Assembly: GCA_963809665.1 (NCBI GenBank)
Contig: CAWEKC010000004.1
Coordinates: forward strand, 37,172 to 101,171
DNA: 64,000 bases
From: Candidatus Gottesmanbacteria bacterium
GTDB lineage: Bacteria; Patescibacteriota; Microgenomatia; UBA10105; UBA927
Direction of reading: 5' to 3'
A model generated the notes under the pieces. It did not search any database. It was not told the DNA's origin and was given only the letters and a program-made list of their open reading frames with translations. Made by a program: the position numbers and the translations under genes. Shown here piece by piece: positions 9,969 through 20,429 of this stretch; the first letter of the stretch is position 1, and each line of letters starts with the position of its first letter.

Positions 9969-11477
9969 ATGAAAAACGATTATACCCAGGATATTGCCGA
10001 CGAATTAGTAAAAAAAATAACGCAGTACGAACCCGAGGTGCGGGCTGCCCGAATAGGGCACGTTATAGCTGTTGCAGACGGTGTCGCACGCGTCTCCGGC
10101 CTCCAGCAGGTAGCCCTCATGGAACGGGTTCAGTTTGAAAGCGGCGTTGCGGGCCTTGCTATTAATCTCGAGGAAGATGTCGTGGGCGTTATTGTTCTGG
10201 GCGATTACCTTTCGATTAAGGAAGGGGACGAGGTAACAGCCACAGGTAAACTTCTGTCCATGCCCGTCGGGGAGTCGTTTTTGGGCCGCGTTGTCAATCC
10301 GATCGGAGAACCGTTGGACGGCGGACATGAAATAAAATCCAAAACTCTCTATCCGATTGAAAAGGTGGCCCCGTCGGTTACCAGCCGCCGGAAGGTCCAA
10401 ACGCCCATCCAGACAGGAATTAAAGCCATAGACGCCATGATTCCGATCGGCCGCGGACAACGGGAGCTCATTATCGGTGACCGGAATACCGGAAAAACAT
10501 CCATAGTCGTTGATACGATTATCAATCAGAAGAAAGAAAACGTCATTTGTATTTACGTAGCCATCGGACAAAAAACCTCCCGTATTGCTCAGGTTATCCG
10601 CGATTTGACCGAACACGGGGCCCTTGAGCATACGATCGTTGTTTCGGCATCGGCAAACGATTCCGCCGCGTACCAATATCTTGCACCGTATGCAGGATGC
10701 GCGATGGGTGAATATTTTATGGACCAGGGGCGCGACGCACTCATCATTTATGATGACTTAAGCAAGCACGCGTGGGCGTACCGCCAGATATCACTTATTT
10801 TACGAAGACCCTCAGGCCGCGAAGCATATCCTGGAGATGTATTTTATCTCCATAGCCGTCTGTTGGAGCGTGCATGCCGTCTGGACGAGAAACACGGTGG
10901 CGGATCTCTTACCGCTCTTCCTATTATAGAAACACAGGCAAACGATATGTCCGCCTATATTCCGACAAATGTTATTTCCATTACCGACGGGCAGTTGTTT
11001 TTGGAATCCGACCTTTTTAACGCGGGTCAGCGTCCGGCAATTAATGTCGGTATTTCCGTTTCCCGTGTCGGGGGAGAGGCACAGATAAAAGCAATGAAAA
11101 AGGTAGCCGGGACGCTGAAACTCGATCTTGCCCAGTACCGGTCACTCGCTGCATTTGTTCAATTTTCATCGGATGTTGATGAAGCGACTAAAAAACAGAT
11201 CGAACGGGGGAGCCGCATGATGGAACTTCTGAAACAAGGCGTATTTGTTCCCATGCCTGTCGAGGAACAGATTGCAAGCATCTGGGCCGGAACGGCAGGA
11301 TATCTGGATGACATTCCCGTGGCAAAAATCAGTACGTTTGAGAAAGAATTTTTAGCATTTCTGGGTTTGCGGTATAAGAAAACTATGTCCGCAATCGTCA
11401 AGGAGAAAATTATGACGCCGGCAATCGAATCACAGCTCAAAGAGGCAGTCACAACCTTTAAAAAAGGATTTACCTGA
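9969..11477 (+). CDS. atpA: F0F1 ATP synthase subunit alpha
   Basis: 502 aa with a Walker A motif (GDRNTGKTS) and alpha-subunit signature regions. Confidence 0.95.
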   Translation: MKNDYTQDIADELVKKITQYEPEVRAARIGHVIAVADGVARVSGLQQVALMERVQFESGVAGLAINLEEDVVGVIVLGDYLSIKEGDEVTATGKLLSMPVGESFLGRVVNPIGEPLDGGHEIKSKTLYPIEKVAPSVTSRRKVQTPIQTGIKAIDAMIPIGRGQRELIIGDRNTGKTSIVVDTIINQKKENVICIYVAIGQKTSRIAQVIRDLTEHGALEHTIVVSASANDSAAYQYLAPYAGCAMGEYFMDQGRDALIIYDDLSKHAWAYRQISLILRRPSGREAYPGDVFYLHSRLLERACRLDEKHGGGSLTALPIIETQANDMSAYIPTNVISITDGQLFLESDLFNAGQRPAINVGISVSRVGGEAQIKAMKKVAGTLKLDLAQYRSLAAFVQFSSDVDEATKKQIERGSRMMELLKQGVFVPMPVEEQIASIWAGTAGYLDDIPVAKISTFEKEFLAFLGLRYKKTMSAIVKEKIMTPAIESQLKEAVTTFKKGFT

Positions 11478-11478
11478 T

Positions 11479-12330
11479 ATGGCAAACATCCGTTTAATCA
11501 AAAACCGTATTAAGTCTGCAAAAAACATAGCCCAGATTACGAAAGCTATGGAACTTGTAGCCGCATCTAAAATGCGTAAAGCCCAACAACAGGCAATTGC
11601 GGGCAAGCTCTATGCGCAAAAAATACGCGATATGGTATTTACGCTTGCATCACGCACAGATATCACGAATCACCCGCTGCTGCGAGCTCCGCTGGCCGAT
11701 ACGAAAAAACATCTCGTCATCCTTATTTCTACCAATAAAGGATTGTGCGGAGGTTTAAATATAACCTTATTCCGTTCTTTAATGAAGGAATACCCTACCT
11801 TTAATAATCTGGAGTTTGTAAGTTTAGGTAAAAAGGGGACTATCTTTATTACGCAGATGCATGGGGTACTGAAAGCTGATTTTTCCGAGAAAATACCGTT
11901 TATTGACAGCGTCCCTGCCCTCACTCAGCTTTTGACAGATGCATTCTTAACCGGGACGGTCGCGAGCGTTGATATTGTCTATAACGAATTCGTTTCAGCG
12001 CTAAAGCAAATTCCGCGTAAAAAAACATTGTTACCCCTCACGCTGACCGGCGAAGAAGAAGAAATAAAAGGGCCGGAATTTCTCATTGAGCCGAATATCG
12101 GAGAAGTTTTTAACGAGCTATTACCACATTACCTGGAGAATCAGGTGCGTGATGCGGTCCTGCAGGCGGATGCAAGCGAACACAGTGCACGGATGGTAGC
12201 AATGCGCAACGCGACCGATAACGCAATGTCGTTTATGGAAGAGTTAACCCTTGTGTATAACAAAGCCAGACAGGAAAAAATTACGTACGAAATATCCGAT
12301 ATTGTAACAGCGAGGCTAGCCTCTGAATAA
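11479..12330 (+). CDS. atpG: F0F1 ATP synthase subunit gamma
   Basis: 283 aa with gamma-subunit N- and C-terminal helices (MANIRLIKNRIKS...; ...ITYEISDIVTARLA). Confidence 0.9.
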   Translation: MANIRLIKNRIKSAKNIAQITKAMELVAASKMRKAQQQAIAGKLYAQKIRDMVFTLASRTDITNHPLLRAPLADTKKHLVILISTNKGLCGGLNITLFRSLMKEYPTFNNLEFVSLGKKGTIFITQMHGVLKADFSEKIPFIDSVPALTQLLTDAFLTGTVASVDIVYNEFVSALKQIPRKKTLLPLTLTGEEEEIKGPEFLIEPNIGEVFNELLPHYLENQVRDAVLQADASEHSARMVAMRNATDNAMSFMEELTLVYNKARQEKITYEISDIVTARLASE

Positions 12331-13740
<1,410 letters not shown>

Positions 13741-13754
13741 TTCATATTATTTAT

Positions 13755-14180
13755 ATGCGCTCATTCAGACTGGAAATCATCACTCCCCAGCGTAAAGCAT
13801 TCTCGGAAGACGTCGATTCCGTTATGGTGCCTACGGTAAACGGTTTGGTCGGCGTATTGGCTCTCCATGAACCGCTCTTCAGTGCACTGACAGAAGGGGA
13901 AATTAAAATTACCGCATCATCAAAGGAATATTTTTTGGCTATCGGCAGCGGGTTTATGGAGGTAACCAAGTCCGGTGTTTCCATACTGGTTACCAGCGCA
14001 TATCACGCCCATGAACTCAATGAGGCGGAGATAAAGAAAGCACAAGCTGCGGCTAAAGAAGCGCTTGCAAAACATGTTACGGGAGTCGATCTCTCCGCAG
14101 CCCAGTCACTGCTTCGCCGTTCCGTGTTGGAATTGAAAGTTCTTCATAAAAGACGAGCCCGACCTACCCTACCGGTTTGA
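13755..14180 (+). CDS. atpC: F0F1 ATP synthase subunit epsilon
   Basis: 141 aa with an N-terminal beta-sandwich and C-terminal helices; last gene of the operon. Confidence 0.85.
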   Translation: MRSFRLEIITPQRKAFSEDVDSVMVPTVNGLVGVLALHEPLFSALTEGEIKITASSKEYFLAIGSGFMEVTKSGVSILVTSAYHAHELNEAEIKKAQAAAKEALAKHVTGVDLSAAQSLLRRSVLELKVLHKRRARPTLPV

Positions 14181-14216
14181 CAGACATACGAGTGCGCGCT
14201 ACACTGGCTCCACCGT

Positions 14217-14699
14217 ATGAAAGTAAAAGACGTGATGAGCGTATCTACCGTTAGCGTATCCCCGACAGATTCATTTCATGAAATATGGAAATGCATATTT
14301 AAAAAGAAAATTCACGCGCTTCCCGTTATTAACAAAAAGAAAATACTAGTCGGTATCCTCACACGCGAAGAGCTTTTAGAAAAGTTGTTTCCTGATTACA
14401 GAGATTTGTTTACCTCCAGCGATGAATTTCCGGATCTTGAGGATATGGAGCGTAAAGTAGCCGAATTTTCTAGTTTAAAGGTAGCGGATCTCATGCGCAC
14501 ACACGTCGTGTATGCTCATGAAGATACACCTGTTTTGCGTGCGCTTTCCCGTATGATTGTGCGGCGCATTAACCAGATGCCGGTTGTAACAGAAGGGGGT
14601 GTTGTGGTAGGCATGGTCACCAAGGGTGATATTTTTTATGCCCTGTTTAAACCCCGTGTAAAACGATCCCCCGGTTTACGCCGAAAAACTCACTCTTGA
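14217..14699 (+). CDS. CBS-pair domain protein
   Basis: 160 aa containing two CBS motifs (VMSVSTVSVSP..., HVVYAHEDTPV...). Confidence 0.7.
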   Translation: MKVKDVMSVSTVSVSPTDSFHEIWKCIFKKKIHALPVINKKKILVGILTREELLEKLFPDYRDLFTSSDEFPDLEDMERKVAEFSSLKVADLMRTHVVYAHEDTPVLRALSRMIVRRINQMPVVTEGGVVVGMVTKGDIFYALFKPRVKRSPGLRRKTHS

Positions 14700-14787
14700 C
14701 ACATCATCATAAGTTTCACTAGACTATATTCCCAGGGACGCATAAAAAGATGAATAACTGGGTTAGTTTTTTTACTGAGAAATATTG

Positions 14788-14811
14788 AAGGGGCCTTCGG
14801 GGTCCTTTTTT
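14788..14811 (+). terminator. putative intrinsic terminator after the CBS gene
   Basis: A GGGGCC-UUCG-GGGUCC hairpin with a UUCG tetraloop, followed by a T6 run. Confidence 0.45.
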
Positions 14812-14812
14812 A

Positions 14813-16333
14813 ATGAGAAGTGCTATGAAAGAAAAAATCTTTGATACGGAGCATTTGGCAAACCTGGTGGGCATTGCGTCGTCCGTGTTTTACGGCACCA
14901 TTGCACATTACAAAAAAGCGGGTCTCCAGTATGCGGACGTTCCGGAAATCGTCGGTATAACCGGTGCGTGCGAAAATGTTGATACCCTTTTTAAGGTGGG
15001 GAACAATCTTAATCTCCCGCTTTTTTTCACGCAGACCGGCCAGCTTGCACTTGAGCAGGCATTACAAAGTAATCACGGCGTCTATACCATTATCCATAGC
15101 GGACGGGATGAAGAACTCGAAGACGAACGTCATTTGAGGCAATTCCGTCTTACAGAGGAGGAATTTGACTGTTCGTTCGGTAAAATGACACGTGATTCGT
15201 ACGATGAAGAAAAAATGTATGAACTCCTGCTCACTCATATTGAATCGGCAACGAAAGCGATGATCCGATCGGTCGCACAGGAAAATAAAAAGGCCCTCAC
15301 CGGATTTTATAAGCGGGATGTGGGAACGCTTTTAGAAATTATTGCCCGTCCGTACTTACGGATCTTGTATTCGGACGCGGTTGAACTGTTGCGGCAGCAT
15401 GGATACCCGGCGCTTGAATTCGGTGACGATTTAGAAGCCGACCATGAGCAAAAAATTATTGAGCTTATGAATGCCAAAACCAAAGGATACGGGCGATCGG
15501 TTACAGATTGGTCTCCGGTCTTTATAATGCGGTATCCGAAGGAAATAAAATTCTTTAACATGAAAGTGTCGGAGAAGGACCCGCGGGTGGTACTATCTGC
15601 AGACTGCATATTTCCATACTCAGGAGAATCCGTCGGTGCGGCGGTCCGTGAACACGATGGTGTAAAACTCCTGGTTCGGCTGCTGACATCAACGATGTAC
15701 AAACTTCACGAACAGCGCGGGGGAACGTACAACGATTTCCGTTGGTACACTGAAGGGATGATTTTATCGAAAAAAACGCTTCCGCATGCCGGGTACGGGA
15801 TCGGTAATGAACGCATTATTCAATTCATCCTCGGACGTTCTGATATCCGTGAATGTTCACTCTTTAGTTTATTAAACACACAAACCGGCGATTGGGATAT
15901 ATCCAAACGCGGTATGCTCCCGATGGTCCAACACCGGAAGACTGTCCTTTTATCAATCGGAAAGGATCAGAACAAAAAACGTTTATTTCCGTACATCAAG
16001 CGTATCAGAAGTGATGGACATGTGTTTTATGCAACCGACAGTACCCATACGTTCTTAGAACGTCATGGTGTGCCGTCAACGCGTGTATTTAAAATAAGTG
16101 AAAAAGGATCACCGAACCTGAGCGATCTGTTACGGAATGACATGTTTGATCTTATCATTAACGTACCGACAAACCCCGATAGATCCGTGCATGAACATAC
16201 AGACGGCATGTTTATCCGGCAAACTGCAACGGAAACCGGCACAACACTCGTTACGGACGTAGTTGTTGCTGAAACACTCCTGTCTCATCTATCCGAACGG
16301 ACGAAAGTATCCGAAAAAGGAACGCCGGTATGA
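14813..16333 (+). CDS. AsnRS-like asparagine synthetase A-type catalytic domain fused to a C-terminal MGS-like domain
   Basis: The N-terminal ~360 aa carry class II aaRS motifs of AsnRS/AspRS type lacking an anticodon-binding domain: motif 2 (HSGRDEELEDERHLRQFRLTEEEF), FIMRYPKEIKFFNM, and motif 3 (HAGYGIGNERIIQFILG). The C-terminal ~130 aa (KTVLLSIGKDQ...DLIINVPTNPD...FIRQTA) match the methylglyoxal-synthase-like fold seen in CarB and PurH. Overlaps pyrD by 4 nt. Confidence 0.6.
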   Translation: MRSAMKEKIFDTEHLANLVGIASSVFYGTIAHYKKAGLQYADVPEIVGITGACENVDTLFKVGNNLNLPLFFTQTGQLALEQALQSNHGVYTIIHSGRDEELEDERHLRQFRLTEEEFDCSFGKMTRDSYDEEKMYELLLTHIESATKAMIRSVAQENKKALTGFYKRDVGTLLEIIARPYLRILYSDAVELLRQHGYPALEFGDDLEADHEQKIIELMNAKTKGYGRSVTDWSPVFIMRYPKEIKFFNMKVSEKDPRVVLSADCIFPYSGESVGAAVREHDGVKLLVRLLTSTMYKLHEQRGGTYNDFRWYTEGMILSKKTLPHAGYGIGNERIIQFILGRSDIRECSLFSLLNTQTGDWDISKRGMLPMVQHRKTVLLSIGKDQNKKRLFPYIKRIRSDGHVFYATDSTHTFLERHGVPSTRVFKISEKGSPNLSDLLRNDMFDLIINVPTNPDRSVHEHTDGMFIRQTATETGTTLVTDVVVAETLLSHLSERTKVSEKGTPV

Positions 16334-17274
16334 GTAAAACAACCCGCCTTGCCGGTCTTGAAGTTCAATTCTGCGGGATATCCTTTCCAAATCCCTTAGT
16401 GCTTCCCTCCGGCATTGCCCAGGAAATTCCGGCGGATCATACAAGGGCAATTAAAGCCGGCGCAGGCGGTGTCACGACAAAATCACTCACCATAGAGCCG
16501 AGGCCCGGCCATCCTTTCCCCCGCGTTATACGTGTCTCGAAAGATGACCGGGGCATTCTGAATTCCGTAGGACTACGTGGCCCCGGTATACAGAAAGGGA
16601 AGCGGCTGATCAAAGAATTTCTGACGATCTCACCTGTTCCGGTGATCGTGAGTGTTTTCGCCATCAAGTTAAAAGATTTTACCCGGCTGGCGCAGGAGCT
16701 GTGCCCGCTGGAACCCGCAATCCTTGAGTTAAATTTAAGTTGCCCAAACGTTGATGATGAATTCGGAAAGTCTCTCGGAACCGGCCAGGAATCTGCTGCG
16801 GCCGCAGTACGTGCCGTGAAAAAAGTCGCAGGAAAAATCCCTGTAATTGCAAAACTAACTCCCAATGTTCCCGATATTGCTGGAATCGCGAAAGCGTGCG
16901 AGGACGCGGGAGCCGATGGAATTGCTGCAATTAATACCGTCGGTCCGGGCATGGTTATTGATATCGCAAAGAAACGGCCGGTATTGGGTCATAAGGTTGG
17001 CGGATTATCGGGGCCGGCCATTAAGTCCATTGCAATCCGCTGTGTATACGATATCTATGAAGCCGTAGATATACCGATTATCGGCATGGGAGGGATCGCA
17101 TCGTGGGAAGATACTGTTGAAATGATGATGGCGGGAGCAACGCTCGTAGGCGTCGGATCCGCGACATATTTTAAAGGCTACGCAGTATTTGAAGAAATCA
17201 AAGAGGGCTTACGAAGGTATATGAAAACAGAGCGTCTGGCTGATCTTACAAAAATCGTCGGCGCTGCCCACTAA
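16330..17274 (+). CDS. pyrD: dihydroorotate dehydrogenase (class 1)
   Basis: 314 aa TIM-barrel with FMN and substrate motifs (NLSCPNV, GGV). Confidence 0.9.
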   Translation: MSKTTRLAGLEVQFCGISFPNPLVLPSGIAQEIPADHTRAIKAGAGGVTTKSLTIEPRPGHPFPRVIRVSKDDRGILNSVGLRGPGIQKGKRLIKEFLTISPVPVIVSVFAIKLKDFTRLAQELCPLEPAILELNLSCPNVDDEFGKSLGTGQESAAAAVRAVKKVAGKIPVIAKLTPNVPDIAGIAKACEDAGADGIAAINTVGPGMVIDIAKKRPVLGHKVGGLSGPAIKSIAIRCVYDIYEAVDIPIIGMGGIASWEDTVEMMMAGATLVGVGSATYFKGYAVFEEIKEGLRRYMKTERLADLTKIVGAAH

Positions 17275-17281
17275 CTCACCT

Positions 17282-18106
17282 ATGACGTTTTACCGCAAAC
17301 TTGCTACCAGAATAAAAAAAACAAATTCTCTAGTATGTGTTGGTCTGGATAGTGACATGGCCAAACTTCCAAAAGCCCTAAAAAAATATAAATACCCACA
17401 GTTTGAGTTTAACAAGACAATTATTAACGCTACCCATGATTTTGTATGTGCATATAAACCCAACAGTGCATTCTATGAAGCGCGCGGTGAGCAGGGCACC
17501 CACGAACTTAAAATGACGTGTGATTATTTATTGAAAAAATATCCCGACATCGTGATCATTCTTGATGCAAAACGCGCGGATATCGCCAGTACAAATAATG
17601 GATATGTTACGTTTGCGTATGATTATCTGGGAGTAGATGCAATAACACTTCACCCATATCTTGGCCGGGAGGCAGTCCAGCCGTTTTTAGATAGAAAAGA
17701 GAAGGGGACTATCATACTTTGCCGTACCAGTAACCCCGGCGCAGGAGAATTTCAGGACCTTTCAGCCGGAAGCAAACCGCTCTACCAAATAGTTGCTAAA
17801 AATGTCGTAAAAAAATGGAATATATATAATAACTGCGCACTCGTTATCGGGGCAACGTACCCAGAGGAGCTTAAAATTGTACGACGTATCGTTAAAGACA
17901 TGCCGTTACTCATTCCCGGAATCGGTGCTCAGGGCGGTGATGTTGAAAAAACCGTCCGCGCCGGGATTGACAGTCACGGAGCTGGTGCCGTTATTAATGC
18001 GTCCAGAAGCGTTATTTTTGCCTCATCCGGGGTTGATTTTGCCCGAGAAGCACGGCAGGAAACGCAAAAACTCCGGGATGAAATCAACCGATACCGAGAG
18101 ATTTAG
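17282..18106 (+). CDS. pyrF: orotidine-5'-phosphate decarboxylase
   Basis: 274 aa, long-type OMPdecase, with the DAKRADIA catalytic lysine motif. Confidence 0.85.
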   Translation: MTFYRKLATRIKKTNSLVCVGLDSDMAKLPKALKKYKYPQFEFNKTIINATHDFVCAYKPNSAFYEARGEQGTHELKMTCDYLLKKYPDIVIILDAKRADIASTNNGYVTFAYDYLGVDAITLHPYLGREAVQPFLDRKEKGTIILCRTSNPGAGEFQDLSAGSKPLYQIVAKNVVKKWNIYNNCALVIGATYPEELKIVRRIVKDMPLLIPGIGAQGGDVEKTVRAGIDSHGAGAVINASRSVIFASSGVDFAREARQETQKLRDEINRYREI

Positions 18107-18340
18107 TTAATCCGTTTCAGATCTCGGAATAGGCGGGGTGCACTCCATGCAATAATATTCAGATCCTTGAGGCTCAAACAGATGATTATATATCTCCATA
18201 CGATACACTGCGGTTTTATTGCAGATTCCGCAATTGTATGAATACCCATAACTATTCATGAAAAATCTCACAAGAAATTCACGCCCGGTTTTTTGATTGG
18301 GCATCATTGTTTCACCGATATTCTTCTCCAAGCTTTTCAT
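18107..18340 (-). CDS. small zinc-ribbon protein (two CxxC pairs)
   Basis: 77 aa with CGIC...CMEC cysteine pairs. It is encoded antisense between pyrF and pyrE. Confidence 0.4.
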   Translation of the reverse strand: MKSLEKNIGETMMPNQKTGREFLVRFFMNSYGYSYNCGICNKTAVYRMEIYNHLFEPQGSEYYCMECTPPIPRSETD

Positions 18341-18375
18341 GCGCTAAGTATATCGTTTGTCCAGAAACAAAGCTA

Positions 18376-18404
18376 TTGACCGTTGAGGGTATTTAGCGTA
18401 TTCT
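18376..18404 (+). promoter_or_regulatory. putative sigma70 promoter of pyrE
   Basis: TTGACC, a 17-nt spacer, then TATTCT, immediately upstream of the pyrE start. Confidence 0.4.
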
Positions 18405-18409
18405 AGGCG

Positions 18410-19045
18410 GTGATGAAAAACGACGTTGTTCATATATTGAAAAAAGTGGGCGCGGTACTCACTGATGATCATTTTGTCTACACATCCGGCAAACACGGGA
18501 GTGTGTACATTAATAAGGATGCGGTATATCCGCATACGAAAGAAACTTCGGCGATAGGCAAACTCATCGCAGGGAAATTTCTTCATAAACGCATAGAGGT
18601 TGTAGCGGCGCCTGCTTTGGGAGGCATCATATTATCCCAATGGACCGCACATTGGCTTTCAAAACTTACTCATACGGAAGTGCTTGGTATATATACCGAG
18701 AAGGATGAGAAAAAGAACCAGGTGTTTACCCGAGGGTATGACCGGTTAGTTAAGGGCAAGCGTGTGCTTGTCGTTGAAGATCTCACCACTACGGGTGGCT
18801 CTGTACGGAAGGTTGTAGACACCGTAAAAGCTGCCGGCGGCACGGTTGTTGCCGTATGTGTCATGGTTAACCGTGACCCCAAAAATGTTACGGCGGACGT
18901 TGTGGGTGCACCGTTTATATCGCTTGGCGTAATTAAGGCGGAAGCATTCGATGCAGTAAAATGCCCGCTCTGTAAAAAAAGAATACCGGTTAATACGAAG
19001 GTCGGTCACGGAAAAAAGTTTATGTCAGAAAAAGGAGCAGTATGA
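18410..19045 (+). CDS. pyrE: orotate phosphoribosyltransferase
   Basis: A type I PRTase with a PRPP-binding motif (VLVVEDLTTTGGS) and a PyrE-like N-terminus. Confidence 0.85.
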   Translation: MMKNDVVHILKKVGAVLTDDHFVYTSGKHGSVYINKDAVYPHTKETSAIGKLIAGKFLHKRIEVVAAPALGGIILSQWTAHWLSKLTHTEVLGIYTEKDEKKNQVFTRGYDRLVKGKRVLVVEDLTTTGGSVRKVVDTVKAAGGTVVAVCVMVNRDPKNVTADVVGAPFISLGVIKAEAFDAVKCPLCKKRIPVNTKVGHGKKFMSEKGAV

Positions 19046-20391
19046 GCCTATCACCGGAAAATAGATCGGAAAAACGGATTGATAACGGGCTCCGGCCAAT
19101 GACCCCGGAAGAAATCGTCGAATACTTCGTTCGTGAGTTTGAATCAAAAGTACGCGTAAAATTTCCGCCAAGGGGCGATATCATCACTATACCTGACGGA
19201 TGGCACGGAGCCGGTAAGGAAGGAGAAGTCGCCGTATACGTTGGAGATTTACTCACAAAACCCATTGCAGGAACAAAACTCAGTGCGGAAGATTTTTTCC
19301 GGTGGGGTACGCAGAATAAATTTGTACTCACTGACGGCAAACACCGTAAAGTTGACGTACCGACTGCTTCAAAAATCATAGAGGGCGATCAGGATTCATT
19401 AGATGGTAATCCTATTCTTCGTTTAACTCGAACCGAATCTAATAAAATGCCCGTTGAGATACAGTTTTTCGGCGGGGCAACAAATCAATGGATAGAAACG
19501 TTGACAAAAATAGGAAATAAAACCAAAGACAATCCTTTTTTTATCGAAACCGACAAACGTGACTATCTGAACGCTGTCAGACAATTATTCCGTCCATTTA
19601 TATCCAAAGGTACGAAAGGAGACCGTGCACGGTTAGGATTACCTCTTACGGTTGATATACTGAGACGTGTTGATGACTGTTCCGCAAGCGGTGTAACCTT
19701 TATCGGCGACCAGGCGCTTGATGATGCAATGCTCATTTCTCATGAAAACCTGCTTGAAATTCACGACGTCTCAGTATCTACCCTTCACGCGGTTGTTCTG
19801 GCTATTTCAATGGCTGACCGTCGGCACGTTCCTCTTATCATGCGCATCGGAGCACCGGCATTCGGACTCGGAAGCGGATCTCAACTGAATTATATGATGA
19901 ATACGCTTCCGGAAATGATGAAATACGGACCTCAGGTTGTAGGAGATATGGGTACCCTCATGGATGAAGGCGAATCTGCTGAGGCAATTCCGAAGCTTCT
20001 TGAGGTACGCAAGGGTGATGCATCACGGGAGCTGCGCCTGTTTTTAGGAGGAGGGTTACCGGTTGCACGAATGTTAAAGGAGGCTCACGAAGAGCGCGGG
20101 AAACCATTTGTATGGGATTTGGCAATTCGTAGGGCTTCAAGAGTAGATAACGGGCCTGATCAGTGGGGCGTGCTCATATCAGGCACGAACGTAACTGTAC
20201 GAACCGCCCGTAGAGATAAGTCATTTCTACCTCCTGATACTGAACTTGTAGATCACGAGAATACTCCGTATTTTGTGAAGTCGTCAGGTTTATGGGGTTC
20301 CTTAGGAGTTGAAACAGGCGGACTGATCCCTGTTACGTTCGTCGACACGGGAAAATCGGAAACTTTATATCTGCCGGCAAAAGCAAAATAG
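19042..20391 (+). CDS. uncharacterised 449-aa protein embedded in the pyr operon
   Basis: A long ORF with gene-like codon usage. Its start overlaps the pyrE stop by 4 nt (ATGA), which implies translational coupling. I recognise no motif. Confidence 0.6.
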   Translation: MSLSPENRSEKRIDNGLRPMTPEEIVEYFVREFESKVRVKFPPRGDIITIPDGWHGAGKEGEVAVYVGDLLTKPIAGTKLSAEDFFRWGTQNKFVLTDGKHRKVDVPTASKIIEGDQDSLDGNPILRLTRTESNKMPVEIQFFGGATNQWIETLTKIGNKTKDNPFFIETDKRDYLNAVRQLFRPFISKGTKGDRARLGLPLTVDILRRVDDCSASGVTFIGDQALDDAMLISHENLLEIHDVSVSTLHAVVLAISMADRRHVPLIMRIGAPAFGLGSGSQLNYMMNTLPEMMKYGPQVVGDMGTLMDEGESAEAIPKLLEVRKGDASRELRLFLGGGLPVARMLKEAHEERGKPFVWDLAIRRASRVDNGPDQWGVLISGTNVTVRTARRDKSFLPPDTELVDHENTPYFVKSSGLWGSLGVETGGLIPVTFVDTGKSETLYLPAKAK

Positions 20392-20429
20392 ATCGTTGAC
20401 GGCGGAAGTAATTTTTGGTATCTTGGATC

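Noticed and set aside
10005-10676. A long antisense ORF (223 aa) inside atpA. Similar antisense ORFs occur inside purH (25820-26395), ppsA (56906-57631), dnaE (6173-6631) and acs.
   Set aside because: They lie opposite strongly conserved genes in GC-richer stretches and have low-complexity, Arg/Cys/Gly-rich translations with no motifs. These are classical shadow ORFs.
20415-20429. TTG start for pyrG giving MVSWI before MPVTKFIFVSGG.
   Set aside because: The ATG at 20430 gives the canonical CTP synthase N-terminus. The 5-codon extension is not conserved.
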